Origin: Eledone cirrhosa
Lineage: Eukaryota
Direction of reading: 5' to 3'
DNA: 64,000 nt
Assembly: GCA_964016885.1 (NCBI GenBank)
Contig: OZ024748.1
Span: 17,918,001 to 17,982,000 of the forward strand
Position numbers and translations under genes: made by a program
The notes under the pieces: model-generated
What the model was told of the DNA's origin: nothing
What the model saw: only the letters and a program-made list of their open reading frames with translations
The model's database searches: none
Shown here: positions 1 to 14,355 of the stretch, one piece after another
How the letters are laid out: every line of letters starts with the position of its first letter
Position numbering within the stretch: position 1 is the stretch's first letter

Positions 1-82
1 GCCTTTCAACCTTACGGGGTCGATAAAATAAAGTACCAGTAATGCACTGGGTTAATTGCTGGTCTTGTGCTAAAAGTAGAAA

Positions 83-83
<1 letters not shown>
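1..83 (+). mobile_element. SINE family C, 3' fragment
   Basis: GCCTTTCA(A/T)CCTTACGGGGTCGATAAAATAAAGTACCAG core recurs at 13791, 17636, 25031 and 25256; followed by an (ATT)n tail. Confidence 0.75.
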
Positions 84-113
<30 letters not shown>

Positions 114-531
114 TTCCACATTATCACTGCATTACCGAGTGCAGCTATGTGCGTTGGGTATGTGCAGTGTGGTTTTTGGTGGTATTTGTTCAATTGTATG
201 TTGTATATAAAGTCGTGCAGTTTTGGTTGTGTATCTGTCTGTGTGGTTTTTTATTATTCCCAGAGTACCTATTATTATAGGTATTGTTTCTGTCTTCAGC
301 ATCCACATTCGGGTTATTTCTATCTCTAGATCTTTATATTTGGAGAGTTTCTCCATTTCGTTTGTCATTCTCTGATACCTTTTCTGGTGTGTATTTGTAC
401 CATCTTTTGTCTGTGGGTATGTCATAGTGTTGGCATAATTTCCAGTGTATGTAGGTCCCTATTCTATCATGTCTGTAGATGTGTTTCTTTTTGGCTAAGA
501 CTGGGCAGCCTGAGATAAGCTTATACCATTT
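84..531 (-). pseudogene. R4/Dong-clade non-LTR retrotransposon 3' relic (end of CCHC knuckle plus restriction-like endonuclease C-terminus)
   Basis: ISGCPVLAKKKHIYRHDRIGTYIHWKLC and EKLSKYKDLEIEITRMW..KTETIPIIIGTLG in two frames; the PD..D segment between them is missing; (TAA)n tail at 84-112. Confidence 0.85.
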
Positions 532-624
532 CAATAATGGTATATGCTTAATTCTACACTCTACTTAAGTATTAAGTACTAAGATGAATAACGGTTTTAC
601 TGGTTTTAAATAGTAACATTTCAT

Positions 625-644
625 TCATATACACTCACACACAT

Positions 645-696
<52 letters not shown>

Positions 697-734
697 GTAT
701 ATATATGTATGCATATATATGTATATATATATAT

Positions 735-787
<53 letters not shown>

Positions 788-880
788 CTAGCGTGGAAGA
801 ACGGACGTAAAACGGTGATGATGATATATGTATATATATATATATACATATGTATATATATATATGTATATATATATATG

Positions 881-940
<60 letters not shown>

Positions 941-1872
941 CATATATATATGTGTGTGTGTGTAGTATGTATCTACTTATCTGCTGGCATACATGTGTTT
1001 GTGTGTGTTTACATGTGTTTGTGTATGACTGCATCTGTTTGCATGTATGTGTTTTCTGTGTAACTGTATATTTGCATATATGTCTTTGTCTGTGCTTGTG
1101 TATGTCTGAATGTGTGTGACTGTGTATGTTTGCATGTATGTGTGTGACTGTGTATGTTTGCATGTATGTGTGTGACTGTGTGTTTGCATGAATGTTTTTG
1201 TCTGTGACTATGTATATTTGCATGCGTGTGTTTGTGTGTGCCTGTGTATCTTTCTATGTATGTGTTTGTGTGTGATTGTGTATTTGCATGTGTCTGTTTG
1301 TGTGTGCCTCTGTATCTTTCTATGTATGTGTTTGTGTGTGATTGTGTATATTTGCATGCCTGTCTTTGTCAGTGCCTGTATATGTTTGCATGTGTGTGAC
1401 TGTGTATATTTGTATGTATGTGTTTGTCCATGTCTGTGTATGTATGTATGTATGTATGTATGTATTTATCTGTGCCTGTGTGTGTTTGTTTGTATGTATG
1501 TGTTTATCCATGTCTGTGTATGTATGCATGTATGTGTTTGTCAATGACTGTGTATGTTTGCATGTATGGGTGTGCCTGTGTATGTGTGTGACTGTGTATA
1601 TTTGTATGTATGTGTGTGTCAGTGTCTGTGTATTTGTGTATGTATGTGTGTGCCTGTCTATGTATGTATGTGTGTGTCAGTGTATGTGTATGTTTGTATG
1701 TATGTGTGTGCCTGTCTATGTATGTATGTGTGTGTCAGTGTCTGTATGTTTGTATGTATGTGGGTGCCTGTCTATGTATGTATGTGTGTGTCAGTGTCTG
1801 TGTATGTTTGTATGTATGTGTGTGCCTGTCTATGTATGTATGTGTTTGTGTGTACCTGTGTATGTTTGCATG
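625..1872. repeat. (TA)n microsatellite followed by a degenerate GT-rich minisatellite
   Basis: direct reading; contains a short retroposon tail at 787-823. Confidence 0.9.
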
Positions 1873-2330
1873 CGATTTCTAAAGAAGCACTTGTAGCCGT
1901 GTATATATTTCTCAAATAAGCAAGACTACAATAATCGGAGTGTAATCCTGCCAGTAAGTAGAATCAATAAGTGGCATTTATAGCCTTTAAACAACCACTG
2001 GAGGATCCCTTGTGTGCTTGAAAAATAAAGATAAAAATATCAAAAAACCTGACGTTCTACAAGAACTCCATAGAAATGTATGTATGAAGAACAATGTTAT
2101 GGGTTTTTTTCTCTTTCATTAAACTAGAACTGATTTCAATGGTCTTTCCCCATCACTGTAGAAAAACTGATATTATGTCTTTGGAAACAACAAATGTTGT
2201 TTTGTTGCTGTTGTTGTTGTTATTGTTTTTTTTTGGGGGGGGGGTTATAAGGTGGAGTTATTCTTTTTAGTACATTTACAAGTTACAAGTTGTGACCTAC
2301 TTATACTGCTTATATATATATATATATATA

Positions 2331-2566
2331 TAACGAAGGAAATGTGGTAAGGAACCAGGTGGACCATAACGCACCAAAGTACTCAATACTTAGGGTAGTA
2401 GAGTGGGTAATAGGAACAAGTAAGACCCCGATGGCTGAGCTCAAGCCGTTTCGACGGCTAATTCTGTACTGAATGAAAATTTATTCTGGTATTTAAATAG
2501 CCGAACTTATCAAGGGGTAATTCCATATATGGTCAAAGAGATAATCACCAGGATTGGTCACATCAC
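2331..2566 (-). mobile_element. short non-coding HHR-bearing element (PLE pLTR-like) within (TA)n
   Basis: near-identical to 59720-59858; diverged partial copies at 14652-14750 and 22005-22090; TA tracts on both sides. Confidence 0.7.
2425..2518 (-). ncRNA. type I hammerhead ribozyme, U3-A8 core variant
   Basis: minus strand reads ACCCC-TTGATAA-G..CGGCTA...TAGCCG.C-GAAA-CGGCT tgagctc AGCCA-TC-GGGGT; stems I, II and III form, with one C-A mismatch in stem III. Confidence 0.75.
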
Positions 2567-2667
2567 ATATATATATATATATATATATACATATGTGTGT
2601 GTGTATATATATAATACTAATATAATTTGTACTGCCTCTGTTATTTGTTCTCTGTTTATTTATTAAA

Positions 2668-2668
2668 C

Positions 2669-2712
<44 letters not shown>

Positions 2713-3192
2713 TATGTATGTATATATATATGTATGTATGTATATATATATGTATGTATATATATATGTATATATATATATGTATATATATATGTATATA
2801 TATATATATGTATATATATATGTATATATATATATGTATATATATATGTATATATATATGTATATATATATATTTATATATATGTATATATATATATTTA
2901 TATATATATATTTATATATATATATGTATATATATATATGTATGTATATATATATATTTATATATATGTATATATATATATTTATATATATGTATATATA
3001 TATATTTATATATATATATGTATATATATATGTATGTATATATATATATTTATATATATATATGTATATATATATATTTATATATATATATGTATATATA
3101 TATTTATGTATATATATATATATATTTATGTATATATATGTATATATATATTTATGTATATATATGTATATATATATGTATATATATATATG

Positions 3193-3242
<50 letters not shown>

Positions 3243-3248
3243 GTATGT
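2668..3248. repeat. (TA)n compound microsatellite
   Basis: direct reading. Confidence 0.95.
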
Positions 3249-3537
3249 AAAAGGTAAACAGAAATAACAACACAATTGGTACAGTATATGGAAGGTATAT
3301 GGAAGGTATATATTAGGTTAACGCTTATATATATATATACAAATATAATTATCGAGAATCGTATTTCAGCCTACGAAATAACGAAAAACAATTTCCGAGA
3401 TGTGTGGCAAGTGCTCAATGGTTCAGATGAACCAGAGCTATAACAAACGTTAAAGGCCAAACACACTGAGACGATGGTTAAACAATCATCCGCACAGCCA
3501 AAAAAAACGATCAAGTAATTTGGGTCAAAGAAATAAA

Positions 3538-3589
<52 letters not shown>

Positions 3590-3597
<8 letters not shown>

Positions 3598-3850
3598 ATA
3601 CTTTGGGAGGGTCATGTTGCCAATAAGAAACACATGCACCAGTTGCTTTCACTTCAATTTATTATAATAAATTTATAATAAATTTATAAATTTATAAATT
3701 TCTGGTTGGTTGGTTGGTTCCACAACTATCTGGTTGTGGAACCAACCAACCAACCAGAAATTTATAAATTTATTATAATAAATTGAAGTGAAAGCAACTG
3801 GTGCGTGTGTTTCTTATTGGCAACATGACCCTCCCAAAGTATAACAATAT
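3590..3850. repeat. near-perfect fold-back palindrome of about 260 bp
   Basis: TATTGTTATACTTTGGGAGGGTCATGTTGCCAATAAG...CTTATTGGCAACATGACCCTCCCAAAGTATAACAATA with a TATCTG loop near 3727-3732. Confidence 0.9.
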
Positions 3851-3907
3851 CGGTTTCAACACACGATTTCACATAAAGAATTTTGTTAAACAAATTCAGA
3901 AACGAAA

Positions 3908-3938
<31 letters not shown>

Positions 3939-3989
3939 CTCTCCACCACTCCCCTACACACCCTTTGAACTCTCTTCCCACAACACACT

Positions 3990-4026
3990 TTTCACCTGAA
4001 GAAGGGCTTATGCCCGAAACGTCGTT
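3990..4026 (+). ncRNA. hammerhead core of PLE type; stem I not evident
   Basis: CTGAAGA-A-GGGC ttat GCCC-GAAAC-GTCGTT, with AATAAA about 35 nt downstream. Confidence 0.55.
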
Positions 4027-4132
4027 CCCCACCACCACCCCACTCTCAAGAGCGTGAAATGAATAAACCTTTGTTCATACTGCCTCTCTGTTTTGTTCCT
4101 GTTCAATTTTTCACTATATATATATATATATA

Positions 4133-4574
<442 letters not shown>

Positions 4575-4880
4575 TAGATAGATAGATATTTGTGAGTATA
4601 GCAGACATGTGCTATGAGTAAAACATATTCAGTGTGTTTTAGACATTTAATAAAAGAATACAAACAGAATATTGACACAATAACAGACACAACATGGTAT
4701 GTGTGCACATTGTTAGTTTTATATTATCATATATACATCCATACAACACACATCATCACTACCATCACCATCACCACCACCACCACCACCACCACCACCA
4801 CCATCATCATCATCATCGTCATCACCGCCACCATCACCATCATCATAATCATCATCATCATTTATTATTATTATCTGCTG

Positions 4881-5860
4881 TCAACACCCGCTACGTGGAG
4901 GGCTGGGCATGCCGTGGCTGATGATGCGCAGACACGCGCTCAGGCTACGACATTTCCACCTCTTCCTCGACGGTGATCAGGTGTGGTCGTCGTTTGCTAG
5001 ACGCGTCTTTACCCAGCTCGTCTCCTTGACGGAACTGCAGTCCTGGGTCAAGGGAAGACCAAGAGCGAGCGCTTGGAGACTGGAATGTCTTCAGGCGCTC
5101 ACAGCCCTCCACCAGTCGGGCAATGTGATTGGTGGAAACTCCACCTTGGCGTTCTATAGAGGATTAGTGGAGGGGAAGAGCGACGACGTACTTGGGGAAA
5201 CTCTAGGCATCGACGAAAATCAACTAGCCAATCTCTTCGGAAGAACTTTTGGGCTGGGGCCTATGGACAATTTCCAGAAATCCCTGGCCTGGCAATGCTA
5301 CCGAGGAGCTTTGCCAGTTCAGGATAAACTCTACAGGCACGGAAGTGCCATCAGCTGGGCATGTCCGAGATGCACGCAGGGCGACGAAACTGTCCTGCAT
5401 GCACTCGTCCAGTGTCCGAGCATTGCTGACTTTGTGGGTTTATGTCGAACACCTGCTGTCGCGTGTAGAACGGATCCGGCTATCAGCTGAGTCCATTGTG
5501 AGGATTGCCGTGCCCTCTTCCTTTAGCCGGGAAGGGCAGGCATTTTTAATTTGTCTGGTGGCCATGGCGAAAGAGATAGTATGGTGGATGCGTCTGAAAA
5601 GGCTGAAGACGAGCACTTACCTCTTCGGATTAACTTTTTCAAATTTCATTTGAAAAGGAAAATCAGAGTAGAGAGGGAGGTGCTCTCCTCCCAGCATTTT
5701 GTTGAAAGATGGGTGAGAGAGGCAAGAATGGACCTACTCTGAGTATATGCCTGTAAATTGAAGGTGGAAAACAGGAAGAGGGTACTTGCCCTAGTGGTCA
5801 GGGTCACCGTGGCTTTTTTTAATGGGCTTTCTCCATGATGGCCCTCGGAAGTCTCCCCCC
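4881..5860 (+). pseudogene. L1/Tx1-clade LINE, 5'-truncated ORF2 3' part (post-RT GGLG motif, zf-RVT CCHC) plus 3' UTR
   Basis: QHPLRGGLGMPWL...KSLAWQCYRGALPVQDKL..CPRCTQGDETVLHALVQCP; frameshifts near 5433 and 5630; homologous to 29635-30130. Confidence 0.85.
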
Positions 5861-5985
5861 TTGTTCTCAAAATAAATAATATCAAAATCTCATAGATTCG
5901 ATATTATGTTGGGTAAAGCCTTTACTGTGAAAATATAATAGTATATAATAGTATATATAGAGTAATGTAAATGCTAAAGGGTTAA
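5861..5985 (-). mobile_element. piggyBac-type MITE, partial
   Basis: ends AATGCTAAAGGG-TTAA; matches the 33448-33664 family. Confidence 0.75.
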
Positions 5986-6324
5986 TGTCTGTTTTTCCTC
6001 TGCTAATAAGGGTTTGACAGGTCATAATTCAGGGATGAACCTGTATGCATGTAAGGCTACTGACTCCTCAGATGGGCCAGGGGTGCCTAATCTCACTCAC
6101 TGGGAGACTCGTTTCTTGCTTACAGGCATTTGTCTGCTCTACTGAGTGTATTTTATCATAGCACCAGCACTAGGGAGGTTGTCATGTTTTACAAAGCTGA
6201 AGTTTACCCTGCAAACAAATTTTCAGTCATGAATATCCCCCAGGCCAGACCTTTCACCTACCCCCTCTCCTCACCTATCTTTCTCCTCCCAACACCCTTT
6301 TCCTAATCTGGTTGTTATCCAATA

Positions 6325-6538
6325 TGGTTGGATAACATCCATGAGCTTGCCTGGTCTCATTTGGGGATCCAACCAGATCAGTTTGAGACAGTTGCTTCTG
6401 ACAGGACCTGCTGGAAGGAGTGTTTCAGAACTCTGTCCCCACAAGCCACTACGCCCACGAGCCACTACCCCCACGAGCCACTCAGGAATAAGTGGGCAAA
6501 GAAGAAGGAGGAGGAGGAGTAGAAGAAGAAGAAGAAGA
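6325..6538 (+). pseudogene. RTE-like LINE extreme 3' end with a (GAA/GAG)n tail
   Basis: WLDNI...VASDRTCWK resembles the RTE C-terminal A.DR..W motif. Confidence 0.55.
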
Positions 6539-7167
6539 CAATTTCATTTGCAACATAAAATGTTCTTATATTCTTATGTTGGAAAGTTTTAATTTAAATA
6601 CGAATGCTTTAGAATGAGCAGTTTTATTTCATAGAAATACTACTACTACTACTACTACTGCTGCTACTACTACTACTGCTGCTGCTACTACTGTTGCTTC
6701 TACTACTACTACTACTACTACTACTGCTGCTACTTCTACTGTCACTACTACTACTACTACTAATAACAATAATACTATGACTACTGCTACTACTACTACA
6801 TCTACTGTGGGTTGTTGATGAGCAAAGCAACTCCTGTAGATGTAGGCTAAGCTGCTAGTCCAAACAACTTATCCATTAGGTTGCCATATTACCTCAACTC
6901 TTAAATAACAGAAAGACTTTAAAAACCTCTGAGAATAAATACAAAATCTTTTCAAATTTAATGTGGCTTTTGACGATTATTGTTGAAATAGTAACACCAG
7001 ACATTGATTTTTAACTATCGGTTTATCTTACATACGTCAAAATACTTTTACATCAAAACAATTGATTGTGACCCCTTTGTAAACATTAATAAAACTCTCA
7101 GTTTTATTAGAAAGATTTGTCTTAAGAATGTCTCCAGCCATTTTAATGACTATAGACAATAAGAACT

Positions 7168-7765
7168 GAAGAGGGGGTGAGAGAAGGGGAGGAGAAGGCG
7201 GGAAGAAGGAGGCGGAGCAGGGAGGAGGAGGTGGGTGAGATGAAGAAGAAAGAGGAGGTGGGAGAGACGGGGGAGGAGGAGAAGAAGAAAAAGGTGAAGA
7301 AGAAGAAGAAGAAGAAGAAGAAGAAGATGGCGAAGAGGAGGAGAAGAAGAAAAATGAAGGCAAAGAAGAAGAGAAGAAAAAAGGTGAAGAAAAAGAAGAG
7401 AAGGAGAAGAAGAAAACGGAAGGCAAAGAAGAAGAAGAAGAAGAAGATGGAGGAAGAGAAGGAGAAGAAGAAGAAGAAGAAGAAACAATGAAGAATGTTG
7501 CAATAATGGTCTTGCTAAAATAACAGATTCCAACTGAAGATTTCAAAAGAACCATTAAAGAAACAACCTGTAGCAGTGACATCACACTGATGTTGTTGTT
7601 GTTGTTGTTGTTGTTGTGCAACACACCACATGTCACATCAGCCCTGACTGTAGTAGTAGTAGTAGTGGTGGTGGTGGTGGTGGTGGCAGTGGTGGGGTGG
7701 TAGTAGTGGTGGTGATGGTGGTGGTGGTAGTAGTGATGGTGGTGGCAGTAGGGATGATGGTGGTC

Positions 7766-7813
<48 letters not shown>

Positions 7814-8046
7814 ATGGTGGTGATGGTGGTAGTAGTAGTAGTAGTGGTTGTGGTGGTAGAAGTTATGGTAGTAGTAGTAGTGGTAGTAGTAGTAGTGGTG
7901 GTAGAAGTAATAGTGGTAATAATGGTGGCGGTGGCAGTGGTGGTGGTGGTGGTTGTGGTAGAAGTAATGTTGGTAGTAGTGGTAGTGATAGTGGTAGTAG
8001 TAGTAGTAGTAGTAGTAGCAACAGCAGCATTAGTAGCAGTAGTAGT
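7168..8046. repeat. (GAA)n, (GTT)n and (GTA/GTG)n trinucleotide arrays
   Basis: direct reading. Confidence 0.9.
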
Positions 8047-8377
8047 TCTCAGACACATTTATTTCCTAGCTGTTTGGACTGGTTCAACATAAAATAAAGT
8101 GTGTTACTTGCTACCAGAGACAACAAGGTACTGGGAATCAAACATGTGACCTTAAGATTCTGAACCAAAGACCCTAACCACTTAGCCATGCAATAATTAA
8201 ATTCTTAGTTTCTTAACACCAAGGAAACCACCAATTTGATGACATTCTTGGTTTGGGGAAATAAAATAGCATTGTGTGTCATAAGAGGGGATTAAAAGGG
8301 TTGGCATCAAGAAGGGTATCTGGTTGTAAACCATTGACTCAAAACTTCCCATCCAACCTATGCCAGAAAACAGCCAG

Positions 8378-8560
8378 GAATTGCAATCGTGAGGTTGTGC
8401 GTTCGATTCCCGGACCGGGCGATACGTTATGTCCTTGAGCAAGACACTTTATTTCACGTTGCTCCTTCTACATGGAGTTGCGACCAATAGATAGTATTAG
8501 CAATTGGAAAGACCAATGGAAACATTGTTTCCTCCGTCCGATTTGACAAAAGTCGATCGA
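8378..8560 (+). mobile_element. SINE family A2 (head shared with family A, different body)
   Basis: inverted near-identical copy at 48353-48563. Confidence 0.75.
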
Positions 8561-8832
8561 CTGTCAATACATATATATATATGTATATAATAACTAGAAA
8601 TTGATTAACATATAAATAAACATGAATAATCACAGGAGATAATTTTTACAATTTTGCGGGTGATATGGCGCATGTCTTTCTGGCATGACACCCATAATTT
8701 TGATTATCTTAATTTTGGATATAGATATATATGTATATATAGATATATATGTATATATATGTATAGGTGTGTATATATATATGTATGTATGTATATATAT
8801 AGTGGTAGAACACTGGAAGGTAATATCCGTAG

Positions 8833-9044
8833 GTGCTTTTTTGTCGTGGCACCTCTACGACCACTTTGCAGTGGAATGATAGAGACCCCAGTCCCTATCA
8901 TCTCATTTCTACAGCTGAGTAAACTGGAGCAATGTGAAATAAAGTGTCTTGCTCAAGGAAACAACACATCACCCGGTCTGAGAATTGAACTCACAACCTT
9001 TTGATTGCAAGGCCAATGCTCTAACCACTAAGCCATGTGCCTCC
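8833..9044 (-). mobile_element. SINE family A, 3'-truncated
   Basis: matches 4256-4468. Confidence 0.85.
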
Positions 9045-9064
9045 ATGTGTGTGTGTGTATATAT

Positions 9065-9099
<35 letters not shown>

Positions 9100-9237
9100 T
9101 AGAAAGTGAGGTTTTTTTTACAAAATGAAAAATAACCAAGGTGTCCTACACGAGTGAAAGTATAAAGAAAAAGAGATGAAATCGAAAATGCAACTGAAGT
9201 CTTATTTTTTTTTTAAAATATATATATTTATTTGGTT

Positions 9238-9275
9238 CATTTACCGGTTTCGCAGTTCTTCTGCTTTTCAAAAGG
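9238..9275 (-). ncRNA. minimal hammerhead, U3-A8 variant, weak stem I
   Basis: minus strand TTGAAAA-GCAG aagaa CTGC-GAAA-CCGG-TA; palindromic stem III ACCGGT; AATAAA downstream. Confidence 0.55.
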
Positions 9276-9362
9276 TGAGTTGAGATGGAGGGTCTGTGGT
9301 TTTTCTCACATCTGAATTTATATTTATATATGTATATGTATATGTATATACATATATATATG

Positions 9363-9494
<132 letters not shown>

Positions 9495-10265
9495 CATATA
9501 TATATGTATAAATATAAATTCAGCGAGAATCGCATTTCGGCGGGTAGAAAAAGTGAAATGTAATGCAAATTTAGAATCATCCTGGCAAGCGCTCCAATGG
9601 CTAAAAAACCAGAGCTATAAACATACGTTATAAATAGGTTATATATATATTTATATATATATATATTTATATATACATATATATATGAATATATATATGT
9701 AAATATATCTATATCTATCTATCTATCTATATATACACACACACACACACACATATAAATATATATATATATGCATATCAATAATAGCTTTTTGTCAGAA
9801 TCTCCAATTTGCTTCTAGGTTTCTTAATTAACATGTCAATTAACAAAACAAGGCTCTTGAAAACAAGGATCTTTGCAATTATCTTTCCAAAATTTGTTTG
9901 TAGACGATCAGTAAATTAATTATGGTCGCCACATTTGCTTTTGTTTGAAATATTGCCACACATTTCATTAACCACCGTAAATCAATAACTGCTTCGTAGC
10001 ATTTCTGATGTCATTGATTAACGACATTCACATTGCTTTTGACATAAACGAGAGGATGGAGATGTTTATGTCAAAGTATCCAGTCCATTTGGACCAGATG
10101 GGGCATTAACAGCTAACTGTTTAGTTTAGTAACCTTTTGCTTAAATGACCGTTCCTCATACATTGCTTATTGATCTATACTCAAGCTTGGTAGTGAGTAG
10201 TGAATAGTGAGTGAATCTATTAGGTTAATATCGAGTCAACATGTATATATACACTATATATATAT

Positions 10266-10347
10266 ATTGGGTCATCAAATATGAAATTTGTAGAAAGAAA
10301 ACATATGACCATATGCCTTACTACAAATTTCATACTTGATGACCAAC

Positions 10348-10348
<1 letters not shown>
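10266..10348. mobile_element. tiny TIR element (possible Tc1/mariner-type MITE) in a TA tract
   Basis: TTGGGTCATCAAATATGAAATTTGTAG ... CTACAAATTTCATACTTGATGACCAA inverted termini with TA flanks. Confidence 0.6.
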
Positions 10349-10389
<41 letters not shown>

Positions 10390-10477
10390 AAGTATTTCCG
10401 TCAGAAAGGTACAGGAAAAAAGAGTGCTCTATGTAGGCTACAGAGCTGTTATGTAATAAACAACATAAGATAATTAT

Positions 10478-10532
10478 TTCATTTACCAGTGGTTTCTTGA
10501 AGTCAGATGTTGTGTCTGTCTTCAGTCATAAG
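10478..10532 (-). ncRNA. degenerate hammerhead
   Basis: minus strand CTGAAGA-CAGA cacaaca TCTG acttcaa-GAAA-CCA C TGG-TA; stem I is poor. Confidence 0.4.
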
Positions 10533-11250
10533 AATGAATAAAAAACATGGTGTATTTATTAAATATGGATTTGAAAACGAAATTTAGGAAATATGAAAGT
10601 GAGGCTGAAAAAAACGGGCGAAAATATATCAAATTAAAAAACAGAGTTAAAGACTCACATTAATCCCCATAATTTAATGAGCTTGAGAAATAGATACCAG
10701 GCTATATATAAGGCAGTATATAGAGAAAAATACACAAAGTGGTATATGTTCAATTATAGGGGATAGAATACCACGAGAGTGAAAACCATATTGTCTACAA
10801 AAGGAATGGAGAATACATATCACTCGACACGGTCACTCGACACAACTTGCCTCTAAATGGGACCCGTCTAACCCATGCTAGCATGGAGGATAGACGTTAA
10901 TCGATGTTGATGTTGATGATATATATATGTATGTATATACACACACACACACATATAGTATAATGTGTTTACTCTGGTAGGGAAAATTATTCATTTCTTG
11001 CTTCATCAAGTGCTTTAAGACTGCCTCAAATAATTCAACTGGTGTCTGCCTTGGTGGAGCTTCAGCTTAATATAATGTATAGATATACAGGCAGGGAAAG
11101 GCAGACGTAAAATGATGATGATGATGATGATATATGTATATATACCCATACTAGCATGGAAAAATGGCCATTAAACAGTGATGATGTTGATATATATACA
11201 TATATATATATCCATACTAGCGTGGGAAAATGGCCGTTAAGTGGTGATGA

Positions 11251-11336
<86 letters not shown>

Positions 11337-11674
11337 TATCTTATATTTTGAGAATAAACTCTCAGTCGTTTACAATAATCCAGCTCCAAGAAAAGGGGCA
11401 TTTCCGAGCAGTTAAATACATTAAAATATATTATCATATATTTTAATGTATATATATATATATATATACTGAGAAAAAGACCATCTTTACATTGATAGAT
11501 CAGTGTAAGATTATTTAAACTTCTGTATATATATATCTTGGTTTCTGTTGGAGAGTTGACAAAATGGACAACAGAACAAAAAACAGAAGAGAGATATGAT
11601 GTTTGAAGTAACAAGTTCTCTTGTCTGCCCAGTTCAGCTTTGCTATAACTGCACTTGATAGACTGATAGTAATG

Positions 11675-12760
11675 GCAATAATACTACTACTATAACAACT
11701 ACAACTACTAATACTACTACTATAACAACTACAACTACTAATACTACTACTATAACAACTACTACTAATAATAATAATAATAATACTGCTACTAATACTA
11801 CTACTATAACAACTACAACTGTTACTAATACTACTACTATAACAACTACTACTACTACAATAACAACAATAACAATTACTACTAATACAACTACAATAAC
11901 AACTACTACTACAACTAATATAACTACAATAACAACAACAAAAACAGCAACAACTACTACTAATATAACTACTATAACAACAACTAATACAACAATAACT
12001 ATTGCAACTACAAGAACACTATAGTACATCAACAGGAACAATATAAACTAGGACAATAACAACACCAACTACTAACATACACTAGAACAACAACAACTAT
12101 AGTAAGAAAAACAATACAACAACAACAACAAAAATGATAAAAACTAGGACAACTATAACAACAACAATTATTTCAACTATATAAACTAGGACAATGATAA
12201 CAACAAGAACAACTGCTAACAACTATAACAACAACAACAACAACAATTATTACAACTATATAAACTAGGACAATGATAACAACAATAAGAACAACTGCTA
12301 ACAATTATAACAACAACAACAACAACAATTATTACAACTATATAAACTAGGACAACGATAACAACAACAATTATTACAACTATATAAACTAGGACAACGA
12401 TAACAACAACAATTATTACAACTATATAAATTAGGACAATGATAACAACAATAAGAACAACTGCTAACAACTATAACAACAACAACAACAATTATTACAA
12501 CTATATAAACTAGGACAATGATAACAACAATAAGAACAACTGCTAACAACTATAACAACAACAACAACAATTATTACAACTATATAAACTAGGACAACAA
12601 CAACAACAATTATTACAATAACTATAAAAACTAGGACAACAACAATAAATGCAACAAAAACAACAAAATCAATTATTGCAACAACAACTATATAAAATAG
12701 GACAAAACAACTACTACAACAGCAACAAATGCAACAGAAACAATAACAAGAACAACATAA
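11675..12760. repeat. (ACT/ACA)n array grading into a higher-order minisatellite (ACAACTATATAAACTAGGACA units)
   Basis: direct reading. Confidence 0.85.
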
Positions 12761-13984
12761 TAATACTTTCAGACAAAATGGGGGAAAAAAACATCAAAGG
12801 AAAATAAAGAAGAAAAGATGAACAACAAAGGGGTAGGAGGATGAGGAGGGGGAGGGAGAAGGAGAAAGTAAGAAGAAAAATGTAGGAAGAAGAAAAAGAA
12901 GAAGAATGTAGGAAGGAGAAGAAAAGAAGAAATGGAGAAGAAAAGAAGAAAAGGAGCAGAAGACAAAAGGAGGAGGAGAAGGAGGTAGGAAGAAGAAGAA
13001 AGTTGGATAAAGAAGAAGCAGAAGAAGGACATTAGAAGAAGAAAAAGAACAAAAAGAAGAAAAGGAGAAGACAGAAGAAAAAGAAGAAGGAAGGTGAAGA
13101 AGAAGATGAAAAAGAAGAAGAAGAAGATGATGATGAAGGCTGGAAGAAGAAGATGAAGCAAAAGGTTGGAAGGAGGTAAGAAGAATAACTTGTGAGATCT
13201 AGGAGACATTTGTATAAAGACTAAGGCAAGTATGGTGTCTTCTTGACTGTAGAGTTAAAGATAACTGGACTCTTTCATCTTAGTTTTTGTGGTGTCTTTA
13301 ATGTGTTTGTGCTGTTTGTTGTTGTTGTTGTATCTCTTGTTGTTGCTGTTGTTGTTGTTGTCGTCGTTGTTGTGGCTATTCTCGTTGTTGTTGTTGTGGC
13401 TTTTGTTGTTGTTAGTGTGTGTGTGTATGTGTTTGAGTATGCGGGGGTTTGTGTTGTTTGCTTTTATTGTGCTGTGTTTTGTTTGTTGTTGTTGCTTTTG
13501 TCATCGTTGTTGTTGTTGTGGTTATTGTTGCTATTGTTGTTGTTGTTGTTTGTGTATGTGTGTTTGTGTATGTGTGTGTTTGAGTTTGTGTTTGTGTTGT
13601 TTGCTTTTATTGTTGTTGTGTGTGTGTTGTGTGTGTGTGTGTGCTTGTATGTTTGTGTGTGTATGTGAGAATGTATGTGAGAGTGTGTGTATGCTTGTTT
13701 CTCTGTGTGTGTGTGTGCCTGTGTTTTATTCTTTTTTCAATTGCAACAAAAATGTTTGTTTTTTTGCTAATTTCTTTATTATTATTATTTTGCCTTTCAT
13801 CTTTACGGGGTCGATAAAATAAAGTACCAGTAATGTACTGGGTAATTGTTGGCCTTGTGCCAAAAGTAGAAACAATTATTATTGTTGTTGTTGTTATTTT
13901 TCAAAGTCCATTACTGGTGTTTGCTGTAACAATTATGGCAAATGTCGTTAGATTAATGGGAGTAAATAACTGGAGAGAGGAAGG

Positions 13985-14047
<63 letters not shown>

Positions 14048-14355
14048 GGACACACACAGTGTCCAACTTCAAACACATACAGCCAACTTTACATCATAAA
14101 CCATATTGAGTACTTCCCTGTGTAATGGTCATCTTGGTATCATATCTGTAAATATCCAAAATATATACATCTGTATATATATTTATATGTGTGTATATGT
14201 GTGTGCGTGCATCATCATCATCATCACATGTATGTATATATATATATATATATTGATCGCCTTCGAGTAAAAACTTTTTTCTCTGCTTTCTCTCCTTATA
14301 GCCTCTTGGATTGTGTTTACCATTATTCCATTATTATATAACTATTATGCAATAT

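Noticed and set aside
6893-7149. Possible minus-strand micro-exons (RFLKSFCYLRVE; VIKMAGDILKTNL..)
   Set aside because: AG/GT-bounded but short and unrecognised; expected by chance in AT-rich DNA.
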